DNA of 64,000 nt from a virus: positions 32,001 through 96,000 of IMG/VR virus record IMGVR_UViG_3300025853_009406; one strand, written 5' to 3'. Within the stretch, counting starts at the first letter, position 1; each line of letters opens with the position of its first letter. Below the pieces are notes generated by a model. It searched no databases, had not been told where the DNA came from, and saw only the letters and a program-made list of their open reading frames with translations. A program made the position numbers and the translations under genes. Below, one piece after another: positions 9,801 to 16,403 of this stretch.

Positions 9801-10897
9801 GCAACAGACTTAACTTCAAAAATAGTACCGTAGTTACCTGTTGGATATAGAAGTGTCTCCTGACCACCGTCTGAAGTGCAAGTAAATCCTAAACCTGCAA
9901 TGGTAACACCCATACCAACACTTAGTTCGTGTTGTCTGTCGAGTGTGAATGAAGTAACTCCTGTTACATGATCATAAACAGCATCAACAACATTCATTAC
10001 AGGGGCGTTTGCATCAATCTTAATCTCAAAAGTAGATGCATCTACACCTGCATTTGATGTTACGACACCAACATATTTGAGAGGTCCGACGCCATCAGCG
10101 ACAAGACCGAAGTTGCCGAATGATGAGTTAGAGTTGGTAAGGTCGCAAGCACCACCTGACTGGCAGAGGATTGCGGTATCTGAACAGATGGTGAACATGG
10201 ACACCAACTGAGCGAATGCTTCGTTGAAGATTTTAGCACCTAAACCACCTGGGTTAATCTGGGTATAGGAGTCAAGAACCATGGACTTAATAGGTCCAAT
10301 GGCATACTTACCATCAATGTTTAGACCAATAGTGCCTGGAATGAAGTTTGTACAGTTCTGAATATATGGCGATTGGTCAATATAAGGAACAACTTCTGGG
10401 TTAAATGTAACGATTGCGCCATCGGATTTTTGTGCTGGTCCAATGAATGACATCTCTGCGATGTAGCATCCATTGTCTAACCAGAACAAGTCTCCTTGAT
10501 TTTTTGGTGTAACCGTAACTTCACGAAGTGAGTCGCCAACGACTGACACATTGTCGGGAAGTACGATTGGGTTATCTTCTAGATAAACTCCAGCACTAAT
10601 TTTAATAACAGTTCCTGGGACAGACTCTGCGACGGCAGCTTTAATGGTTCTTTTTGCGTCTCCGAGTTTCTTACCTGTGTTGTTGTCGTTACCATCTTGT
10701 GTTACATATAGGACATTAATAACGGTCGCACCAGCACCAACTCTTACAATGTCTGTTCCAATACCTGGCCTATTTCTGGCCATGTAAAGTTCGCCATCAT
10801 TAGTATTAATGGCCATTTCTCCTAGAGGGAGATCAGAGACTGTAGGTTTTTTGTTAGGTACTGAAGACCTTTTGAATCTAATTTTAGGACTTGCCAT
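848..10897 (-). CDS. giant (3349 aa) fibre-like structural protein with 12 phycobiliprotein-like split repeats
   Basis: Uninterrupted ORF. N-terminal IRFKRS..P....L..GEMAIN motif resembles T4 gp37; YVTQDGND..G....RTIKAA beta-helix cap; 12 KC[AKR]RD and 12 Cx[DN][VI]Q motifs; CATAAATA box upstream. The ORF is certain, the function is inferred. Confidence 0.8.
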   Translation of the reverse strand: MASPKIRFKRSSVPNKKPTVSDLPLGEMAINTNDGELYMARNRPGIGTDIVRVGAGATVINVLYVTQDGNDNNTGKKLGDAKRTIKAAVAESVPGTVIKISAGVYLEDNPIVLPDNVSVVGDSLREVTVTPKNQGDLFWLDNGCYIAEMSFIGPAQKSDGAIVTFNPEVVPYIDQSPYIQNCTNFIPGTIGLNIDGKYAIGPIKSMVLDSYTQINPGGLGAKIFNEAFAQLVSMFTICSDTAILCQSGGACDLTNSNSSFGNFGLVADGVGPLKYVGVVTSNAGVDASTFEIKIDANAPVMNVVDAVYDHVTGVTSFTLDRQHELSVGMGVTIAGLGFTCTSDGGQETLLYPTGNYGTIFEVKSVAPGRYSDASESIEANKTEILDKALASISYKHPDFVFPGEEETNSRSRFFDSYRLIQHNKQEIIDRSLAEIAVEHPDFYFPNDNQTNARSRFFDSYRLIQKNRQEVIDKSLAQIAIGHPDFYFPDTSRNRFKDSFNLINSNKDEIIDKSLATIGLYHPDFYFPDDAETTDRSRFYDSYRLILQNKQEIVDKSLASISLDYDNYDDFFFPGDTETNARSRFYDAYRLINENKQEIIDKSLASIATKYDQFYFPGDLETNARSRYFDSYRLIQQNRQEVIDKSLAAISLEHPDFYFPGDSQTTARSRYYDSYRLIQQNRQEIIDKSLASISISYPDFYFPNDLQTNERSRFFDSYRLIQQNRREIIDRSIGNITVNYDLYPTDWVFPGDEETNARSRYYDSYRLIQKNKDEIINGSWNATRTQYPGILSTETKCKRDLGYFIDAISLDILTGGNAYSQDFTLQYFENDAIYDNGIGGEEVQSIYAFNEARDRMKLAIANNLTYTDVGITTDPLASSNTDTGACANVQTNIENLVTIVTDAITEANTTSFAGTRNLGIFNQAGIGTTATPGGFKCARDIGFLIDSVSTDVFTGGNLYSREFILEYFDDGTGNPISEGLYEEELQSLYGFIGAGEFMKDAITNQLYTKDLGISSGPASYGGGGGDIAVLRSGNEASCIDVQNNIDNLIGIVTSVVGLGTTATASDVTATINYGYFNQSVGVGTTSSPGGYKCARDLGFFIDSISTDLFTAGNYYADGFALQYFDNAAPIINGLLGEEGPSVVAFESAGEYMKDAVTNQLFNKDVGISSGKAYFGGGGPNIEVLRSGNANACLDVQDSIDALVGIVTYAVGIGTTSELPTSQGTLDVGEFNQALGISSYSPGGLKCARDLGFLVDAVSTDVFTGGNSYAIGYLQNNFQEAAGWTPTSATYNPATGDFTMIVGADHPLQTSDVIFLDKESFTFTCAMDGNKSEHSLPAKGQVAYNSPLTITGTSATSVTVNVGASGTDWSFNPTAATYDPATGDFTVTVGEHSLSVGEGVIIEDNSFTFTCAFDNNQAQKTYPRPGIDPYAGRSIKITGVTDDSLTVNVGKSGPNKYFDPTAATYNAATGDLTVTVGQHGLGVGRAVIIEDESMIFTCDQDGNATEHAYPAAGNPISGIATAINEVGVSTHTVTAATYDPATGDVVLTVASHGFANEDYIKLDDGSLTFTCELDGNTVSKSYPRAGYDYPSGRWLQISEKTDNTFKINIGAADYTGTHTFVSASANGLERQTGTFTVNVGNAGSASGSVHTFVRAECNAIRHEPQTAHTFVSAIAGAIKHLPQSAHTFVRTTIDSVKSYEPTYRGWIKTGLLGEEAPSNTAFIAAGEFMKDAITNQLYRKDVGISSGAATYGGAGGDIAVLPSGNAAACIDVQDNIDTLVGVVTAVVSIGTTATFADVPTSINDGYFSQSGIGTTSSPGGFKCARDIGFLVDAVSTDVFTGGNSYSREFVLQYFDGAGLPISNGLVGEEAQSLVAFDSAETFMKKAVTNQLNSKDVGISSGTARYGTDDTKLPVLISGNANACIDVQSAIENLVGIVTVAVGLGTTTQLPSGDALNTGNFVVNTDPFTKLSLQMEDFGTLSPGGTKCARDIGYLVDAVATDVFTGGNSYTRDFTLFYFDGAGSPTASLTGEESPSVVSFDYAGFYARKAITNQLNVKDLTISPGKAIYAGAGSSIPVLPSGNAEACVDVQANIENLVGVVTTAVGFGSTNSLPTLNVGYFNQSGVGTVASPGGFKCARDLGYLHSALAEDVWAGSNDNVVGFALSYFDGNGNPISDGLLGEESESVTAFTALGDLARGAVTNQLNAQDLTISPDYVTNDNRSASSCADVQDLIENLVGIATVAVGLGTTSQLPTLNTGFDERDDEQYRYFDSYRLIQQNKQEVIDRSIGSIAQGYDAYDAFYFPGDAQSNGRSRYYDAYRMIQLNKEVIVGAAFTDAVNNPLFSSFNFASVEEKCKRDTGFFIDAVALDVLTGGNTYASEFTFQYFENGSLISNGLQGEMDESLYVFDQARGYMLNAITNSLVGATYSDLTISVGNPTYNAGNEGSDVANTSSTACQDIQDTIDTLAGIVTSSLGAGSTASITFPLNTGLFDQSVGVGTTNTPGGYKCARDVGFFVDAVATDVFTSGNRYSQEFTKQYFNQSGAIHIDGNEVAPTIVGLMGGGEWMKDAITNQLYTKDLGISSGPQYYGIGSSIPVLQSGNENSCLDVQDNIDTLVGIVTVSLGAGSTASFGALTYDTGIFDRGTGIGTTENPGGYKCARDLGFLVDAVSTDVFTGGNRYSRGFSEQYYYADGSVIRGGLDGELAPSLTAFEAAEPLMKRAVTNQLYSKDLTLTFGPASYNGAGGNIQYNASGNGETCADVQANIENLVGIVTVVVAAGNTAALYDGTYGINNGYFYLQPGEFGQTVGYGTDADDFVGLGTTSSPGGYKCARDIGYLVDAVSTDVFLGGNTYSRDFTKQYFTGTGQPLTPGLYGERSESVTAFGKAGDYMKGALTNQLYTKDLTLSFGGANYGVGPVITYTRSGNPETCQDVQDVVDNRIGIVTTVIGIGTLTELDNFLPNAGRLLDQETKCRRDIGYIVDAVKNDLLNFTNKNIISATNYYFDQETGKPLSDALIGEEVETVTAFRASADYMQLAINNQLNSKNFKLAPDPVLNSNNDPDACQNVQDTIDNLIGIATDAIVKGQPTTCSVATTSTDFTANVGKGPFPHFYTSGGTVQINPQRPFDGQVTVFDKLYYQVDKIRVTTKGSGYTSTPEVTIGNPTTAWGVPAQAIATVENGQVTGVEVVSSGRGFIVPPTVTIGAPIGGGTPARIVIDMYPSYYTVNKATYPSAGISTITLDAQVPYEVTAGMEVEFYKQSRVLASSHAFEYIGSGIDVKAALPQNGGVTIAENETVNLNGGLVVFTSTDQSGNFKIGDGLIINQNTGTISGTAYSKSLFSTLTPFILALGGE
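1655..9793 (-). repeat. intragenic repeat array: 12 A units (~43 aa) and 12 B units (~150 aa)
   Basis: A consensus R[FY]xD[SA]YRLIxxNxxE[IV]IDxSLxxIxxxxPDFYFPG. B-unit first Cys codons at 8510, 8090, 7622, 7163, 5435, 4943, 4496, 3839, 3380, 2930, 2414, 1988. Confidence 0.95.
5817..7054 (-). repeat. four beta-rich repeats (ATYxPATGD...FTC...P) inserted within B unit 4
   Basis: Four opening segments followed by four HTFV closing segments in the translation. Confidence 0.9.
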
Positions 10898-10932
10898 TAA
10901 CCCATCCAGAAAAATTTTCGGTACTTTTACTT

Positions 10933-10940
10933 TATTTATG
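10933..10940 (-). promoter_or_regulatory. T4-type late promoter CATAAATA
   Basis: NATAAATA box 35 nt upstream of the giant gene ATG. Confidence 0.6.
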
Positions 10941-10979
10941 AAATATCTTTATTAAGTTACATTACAATATTATAAATCT

Positions 10980-11492
10980 TTAAAGTCCGTAGAGTCCACA
11001 ATCAACAGTAATATTCTCCATCAATCTCTCACCATCTTCACAGGTGATGACTTGAGACTGACCAGCGCAATCATTCAACCATAGTGCTCCAATTTCAAGA
11101 GCAGCATATGCTTCTGCAAGAACACTATTACTATTTAATATAGCTCTCTGAGCAAACTTCATTCTATCATCATCATTATCATAATACATTGCTGCTTTCT
11201 CTGAAGAGTTAGTAGCAGTATCAAAATAGTTCAGAACAACGCCAACATCATTACCCAAATCTTGAGTTGGAGGAACTAACTCTCCAGTAGCCTCATCTAA
11301 TATTAAACCAAGTTCGATTAAAGGATCTCTGAGCGTGAAAGTTTCAGAATCTACAAGGAATCTTCCACCATCAATAAGCAAATCACCAGTAATATTGGCA
11401 TTACCAATAACTGTTAGTACAGTTTCAAAGTCAGTGTATCCCTGAACACCAAGTGTTAACTCCCTTTGAGTAGGACTTAAATATTTTGTCAT
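10980..11492 (-). CDS. fibre-associated structural protein
   Basis: ORF; MTKYLS...LGVQGYT N-terminal motif; structural gene context. Confidence 0.65.
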   Translation of the reverse strand: MTKYLSPTQRELTLGVQGYTDFETVLTVIGNANITGDLLIDGGRFLVDSETFTLRDPLIELGLILDEATGELVPPTQDLGNDVGVVLNYFDTATNSSEKAAMYYDNDDDRMKFAQRAILNSNSVLAEAYAALEIGALWLNDCAGQSQVITCEDGERLMENITVDCGLYGL

Positions 11493-11541
11493 TTAGAAAT
11501 AACCCTTCTTAACCGTAAAGTTATTTAGTGAAATAATGTAC

Positions 11542-12108
11542 TTAATATTCCCCACCATCAAAATCGATACGGTTATCAAGATCTGTGTCAAGTTGATCAA
11601 TAAAGACTTCTGGTAGACCTGGATTCTCGGGTTCTTCAACAGCAGCAGAAAGAACGTTGTCTGGGTTTTCCGCTCTCCACTTATCGAGTAGTTCATTATA
11701 CATGAGAGTGTATCTATCTTTAGCATCATCGACATCAGTATCGACAAGATCGGATAGACGAAGACCACTAAGTTTATCAAGGATAGCTTGCAGAAGCTCG
11801 TTAGATGAGTCTAGTTGTAAGTTAGATCTTAAGTATGCTAAGAAATCTTCAGGTAATCCTGGTTGAGTAGTTTCAGTTAAAGCAGCAGCACTAAAAATCT
11901 CATCGGGGTTAACTGATTCATATTTTTCAGTATTCTCATTAAACATTAACACATATTTATCCAATGTGTTGTCTATGTCAACATCCTGAAGATCGGAAAG
12001 TTTCCTTGCCATTACTATTCCTGATTTAGTAACTACTTTAATATTTCCTAATGGGAGTTTACTTTTTACATTAAATAGTTTTTTTCTTACTCTGACTTTG
12101 ATTGTCAT
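11542..12108 (-). CDS. structural protein with an internal duplication
   Basis: Two copies of LSDLxDxDxD...YxLMxNE...NPDxxxSAA...PGLPExF; ends DGGEY. Confidence 0.7.
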   Translation of the reverse strand: MTIKVRVRKKLFNVKSKLPLGNIKVVTKSGIVMARKLSDLQDVDIDNTLDKYVLMFNENTEKYESVNPDEIFSAAALTETTQPGLPEDFLAYLRSNLQLDSSNELLQAILDKLSGLRLSDLVDTDVDDAKDRYTLMYNELLDKWRAENPDNVLSAAVEEPENPGLPEVFIDQLDTDLDNRIDFDGGEY

Positions 12109-12437
12109 ATGGTAGTATCCTCGACAATTATTGTTCCAGTTACAACTCTAGTGACAAAATCTAACTCACTATTTTGAATAAACACATCAAAATAGTTTCT
12201 TCCAGAGCTCAACTCCGTTGTCATGGATCTCCCCATGGAGATATTTACCTCTGCATCTGCTGTAGTAATACCAACAACAAAACTATGCGACTTAGTTGCT
12301 GTTGGATGTTTTTTGATCTTTGCAAATGCAGTAGTATATAGCAAGTTGAGCATGTCGCCGTCATCACCAGTTAGATAGAATGATGCTTCAAAATCTGCAC
12401 CTTTTTCTATTGTTAGGTTAACAACAGATGCACTCAT
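12105..12437 (-). CDS. putative baseplate/fibre-associated protein
   Basis: NLTIEKGADF N-terminus, Ig-like pattern, AATAAATA box upstream. Confidence 0.6.
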   Translation of the reverse strand: MSASVVNLTIEKGADFEASFYLTGDDGDMLNLLYTTAFAKIKKHPTATKSHSFVVGITTADAEVNISMGRSMTTELSSGRNYFDVFIQNSELDFVTRVVTGTIIVEDTTI

Positions 12438-12467
12438 TTTCTTATACCTTTACCGTAATTCTATTTA

Positions 12468-13094
12468 TTAAAAAGCACCGCCATCAAAATCTGTGATTGC
12501 TCCTACTGTTCCAACATACCTCCATCCTTTAATATAAACACTTGCGCCGCCAGTAACTAAAGTTGGTACATTTGTTCCCGCAAAGTTTAATATCCCAGAT
12601 GAGTAATCAAAAAACCATTCATCATTATTACCGCTACCTCCAGCAGAAAGTTTCGTCCCCCCAGATGCTGGATTTCCTGCATAAACTTCTACAATATAAT
12701 CTGACCCAAACTGAGTATCAATCCAGTTAGTTACATTGGCAGAAGTATTTACTCCAACTATCTCTCTGGCAATAAAGCTTCTTCTACCACCAACAGTGTT
12801 ATCCTCTGTCATTGGATAAGCATTGGATGTTCCATATGTTTCAATCAAAGTATATGATGGATATCCTTCTCCAGGAACAATGATCAAATCTCCTGTCGGT
12901 GGAGTTGATGGTATCCTAGCAGACTCAAACCAAAGACCGTTGTTTGGTATTATTATGGGTGATGGTATTGGTTCCGCAAACGGAGCTTTTTTAGTCCCCG
13001 AAAGAGTGGAATCCTCAGCAATACCAGTTTTACTTGATGAATATCCTAACTTCTTTAGAAGAAAGTCAACCTTTTGCTGTTGAGATAATGCCAT
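12468..13094 (-). CDS. putative virion structural protein
   Basis: 208-aa ORF with WFFDYSSGILNF motif; ends DGGAF. Confidence 0.6.
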   Translation of the reverse strand: MALSQQQKVDFLLKKLGYSSSKTGIAEDSTLSGTKKAPFAEPIPSPIIIPNNGLWFESARIPSTPPTGDLIIVPGEGYPSYTLIETYGTSNAYPMTEDNTVGGRRSFIAREIVGVNTSANVTNWIDTQFGSDYIVEVYAGNPASGGTKLSAGGSGNNDEWFFDYSSGILNFAGTNVPTLVTGGASVYIKGWRYVGTVGAITDFDGGAF

Positions 13095-13106
13095 TAGATC
13101 CTAGTA

Positions 13107-15125
13107 TTAAGTATTGCGGAATGACAATGTGTTAATCTGATCTCCAGAATCCAATCTGATTCTTATGAGTATTCTATTAAAAGCATCATTAGACGATGAC
13201 TCAGTACCAAATACGCATGTAAAAGTTCCTGTCCCTCCAGTCATATTTCCTGCAAAAGCGCATCCAGGAAGGGCGCTATTAGGAATACCAGAACCTCTAT
13301 ATGCTTCGAACATATCTGCCCAACCATTGGTTCCAGATAGGGATGTATTCCATTGGGTATTGTTTGGCATACAAACCCAAAATCCACCATAAGATCCATT
13401 GATTGAAATCAAAAACTCTGAAACGTTTGTTCTAAACATTTCAAGTTGAATGTATTGAGCTCCAGTCCTACCAGAAGAATAATCTGGTCCTACTGGAAGA
13501 TATCCAGTAGAATAGTTTGTTTGATCGTGTCTTAAATCACCACCAACAACAACAGCTTCATAAGTTGCTATTGGGTTTGATGCAACCCAAGAAGTAGTAA
13601 CAGGTGTTGGATTATCTCCAGAAGAACCAGCATTAACTCTTCTAGCATTTCCAGATCCCGTTCCTAAAGTTTGAATGAGAATATTATCTTCATCTATCAC
13701 ATCAGTTCTAGCAGTTGTACCCATGATATTTACATTCTCAGTTATAGTTGCACGAACACTATTTGATCCATATGGAGTGGTTGCAGTATAGTTTGAGAAT
13801 TTCTGAGTGTTGGTGGTTACAGTGACATGAGAATTTCTAGGAACTTGAGACAATGTACATGTAACTCCAACACCAACACCAAAGTTTCTTACTGGTGGAT
13901 TAACACCGTCAGTAAAATCTGGATATGATTTATTTCCCCCATTTTGAAATCCAGTAGTTTGACCAGAAGAAGTCAAGAATGTATTTGTAGAATACATATC
14001 TCCAGTTGCATTCTGACAAACAATCTCATATACAAAAGCATTATTTGTTGCTTGTGTATAATGAGGAATACCCGAAGAATAGTTTAGTGTTGGTGATGCA
14101 GGTGTTACTGGAGTAGTTGCTGCCAAAACAGGAGCAGGTACTACACTAGGATCTTCATAATATAAGTATTTTTGAGATTCATATATGATAGTTCCAACTT
14201 GATGTTTAATATAACCCATATTAAATCCATCAGGTGATGAAGCATTTAATATTCTTGAGTCGTATACCTCATAAAAGTTTGATGTAATACCAGGATTTCT
14301 AGATGATAAAAATGCGTCTTTATCATTTGCAATCTCCAATGATGTGTAAACACCATTATCACTGTTAATATCATTAGAGATACTATTATCAGGATTGATA
14401 ACATCATTTGTTATCATCATCCTAGTTCCTTTAGGATCAAAGTTTATCATAGCAGAAACATCACCATCATCACCAGGACCATACTCAGTCAACCAGGTTG
14501 ATGTAACACTGTTGCTAGTATTTCTTGGATATTGTGTTCCTGCTACTGGAGAAAATACCCCAACAGTATTATTAGTAAAAGAAAATCCTGAGCACAATCT
14601 ACCAACATTAAGTCCAACTATACTAAAAGAAGCGTCAAGAATAGTTGCTGGTGGTTTTGGAACTAGTTTTCCTAGAATAAAGTTAATATCATTAATAGAG
14701 TTTTTTGTAAACTGAGTTTCATCTATTTCAATAGCGCCAGGTTTAAATCCACCAGCAGGTTCACCAAATCTTAAAGGACCATTATATTCACCAGCAGAAA
14801 CAGCATTACTTATATCAACGGTTCCTCTGAATAGTGAAGGACCATTAACATCAAAATCTGTAGTAGGTTCACTATCAGTATTTCCAATAGCAACCTTACC
14901 CCTAAAACTACTTATTCCAGTTGCAAACGTATCTTTTGGTTTTAATGTAGTATCAACACTCAAAACGCCAGAGACTAAACCGTCTCCAACGACATGAAAA
15001 TCTGATCTGGCAATATCAGTTTTAACTCCAACATTGCCAGTAACTTGTAGTGCTGTAGTGTTGTCAGTATATGATGGTATACCAACCCTAAGTGTTCTGT
15101 TAAGTTGACTTAAATACTTTGCCAT
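13107..15125 (-). CDS. putative fibre/structural protein (672 aa)
   Basis: Gly/Ser/Thr/Asn-rich; GNVGVKT...FHVVG fibre-like segments; shared MAKYLS N-terminus. Confidence 0.65.
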   Translation of the reverse strand: MAKYLSQLNRTLRVGIPSYTDNTTALQVTGNVGVKTDIARSDFHVVGDGLVSGVLSVDTTLKPKDTFATGISSFRGKVAIGNTDSEPTTDFDVNGPSLFRGTVDISNAVSAGEYNGPLRFGEPAGGFKPGAIEIDETQFTKNSINDINFILGKLVPKPPATILDASFSIVGLNVGRLCSGFSFTNNTVGVFSPVAGTQYPRNTSNSVTSTWLTEYGPGDDGDVSAMINFDPKGTRMMITNDVINPDNSISNDINSDNGVYTSLEIANDKDAFLSSRNPGITSNFYEVYDSRILNASSPDGFNMGYIKHQVGTIIYESQKYLYYEDPSVVPAPVLAATTPVTPASPTLNYSSGIPHYTQATNNAFVYEIVCQNATGDMYSTNTFLTSSGQTTGFQNGGNKSYPDFTDGVNPPVRNFGVGVGVTCTLSQVPRNSHVTVTTNTQKFSNYTATTPYGSNSVRATITENVNIMGTTARTDVIDEDNILIQTLGTGSGNARRVNAGSSGDNPTPVTTSWVASNPIATYEAVVVGGDLRHDQTNYSTGYLPVGPDYSSGRTGAQYIQLEMFRTNVSEFLISINGSYGGFWVCMPNNTQWNTSLSGTNGWADMFEAYRGSGIPNSALPGCAFAGNMTGGTGTFTCVFGTESSSNDAFNRILIRIRLDSGDQINTLSFRNT

Positions 15126-15181
15126 TTATTCGTTTACTAAAATGCAATGACAAAAAGATTATTATAGTTATATGTTTTTAT

Positions 15182-15706
15182 TTAGTCAATTTGTTTGTCG
15201 AACTCAAACATCCCATACTCTGATCCCCATACCATTTTTTTAGTTACAGGATCATATCCCCTATCAATAACTCTATAAGTATTTTTTCTCAATTCAGACA
15301 TGGTAAATAAGAACGATTCTTTACCATTTTTATTTACCATACATTCACACCCCATGATCATACCATAATAAACACCATTCTGTTTAGTAAAAATACAATC
15401 ACAGTTCTCATTCTTTTCTAAATCATCTTCAGTGATTTTATCTATATCAGTGAAATATAAAAATCTTTTACCATCCTTCACTTTATAACTACTAACTATT
15501 AGTTTATCTTCATACTGATTTATCTCCAGAACAAACTGTCTATAAGGAGGTTGTTTGCGAACAGAATATTTCTGTTCTCCATAAATCATATTATTACTTA
15601 ATAACTCATGACGTAAACTAATCTGAGAATATTGTGAAGGGTATGAAAATGCTTGTTTTCGATTATGAAAAGATCCAAGTAACCATTCTGTAAACTCCTC
15701 AATCAT
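15182..15706 (-). CDS. cpeT: CpcT/CpeT (T-type) bilin lyase
   Basis: Family motifs GxFxNxxQAFxYP, EQxY...PYRQ, DRGYD...VWGS..G.FEF. Confidence 0.92.
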   Translation of the reverse strand: MIEEFTEWLLGSFHNRKQAFSYPSQYSQISLRHELLSNNMIYGEQKYSVRKQPPYRQFVLEINQYEDKLIVSSYKVKDGKRFLYFTDIDKITEDDLEKNENCDCIFTKQNGVYYGMIMGCECMVNKNGKESFLFTMSELRKNTYRVIDRGYDPVTKKMVWGSEYGMFEFDKQID

Positions 15707-16398
15707 TCAGTACTACCTCTTCTTTGATGACGTATTAATGTAGAAAATAATACCTTACCAATAGCAGATATTAGATTACCTTCAATTTCATTAAAGACAT
15801 TCATATTTAGTTTGAATGCTAGATTAGCTTCTTTGATAATCTCATCGATTTCATTTTGATCGAAAGGAAGAGTATCTAATACATCTCTATAATCTCCCTT
15901 AAAAACTTTTTCATCTTTAATATCTTTAAAAATATAAAAGTTCATCCCAACATCAGGAACTTTTAAAGCAGATTGAGCAATATTTTTCAATACTTGTCCA
16001 CCAGAAAGATCGCCAATATACCTAGTATAATGATGTGCAATCAATAAGTCTTGATTTTCATTAGATACCTCTTTAATCCTGGCAACATATTCTTTGCAAG
16101 ATTTTGTTTGAGTAATCCTTTCTTTCCAATCATATCCTAGATAATATTCTAAATCTTTTTCTAAAGATTTTTTTCTGAAGAGTTGTGGAAAATAAATGTT
16201 TGACACAATCATATCATCTTTGTGTCTTTCAAACTCTTCTTCCATCGCGGAATAGATATGGTACAAGTCTGATAGTAATCTTACATAAGATTTCTTTTCA
16301 ACCACACCTTTGAGAAAACAGGTAATGAAACCTGTATTCTCTGCCATAGTGTGAGATTTTTTAGTACCTTCTCTTATTTGTTGTGATAGGTTAGACAT
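15703..16398 (-). CDS. ho1: cyanobacterial-type heme oxygenase
   Basis: REGTKKSHTMAENTGFITCFLKG (proximal His), HHYTRYIGDLSGGQ, C-terminal RGSTE. Confidence 0.97.
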   Translation of the reverse strand: MSNLSQQIREGTKKSHTMAENTGFITCFLKGVVEKKSYVRLLSDLYHIYSAMEEEFERHKDDMIVSNIYFPQLFRKKSLEKDLEYYLGYDWKERITQTKSCKEYVARIKEVSNENQDLLIAHHYTRYIGDLSGGQVLKNIAQSALKVPDVGMNFYIFKDIKDEKVFKGDYRDVLDTLPFDQNEIDEIIKEANLAFKLNMNVFNEIEGNLISAIGKVLFSTLIRHQRRGSTE

Positions 16399-16403
16399 AA
16401 GCT

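Noticed and set aside
2392-9867. Many short alternative-frame and antisense ORFs within the giant gene
   Set aside because: Shadows of biased codon usage in a repetitive gene; no independent signals
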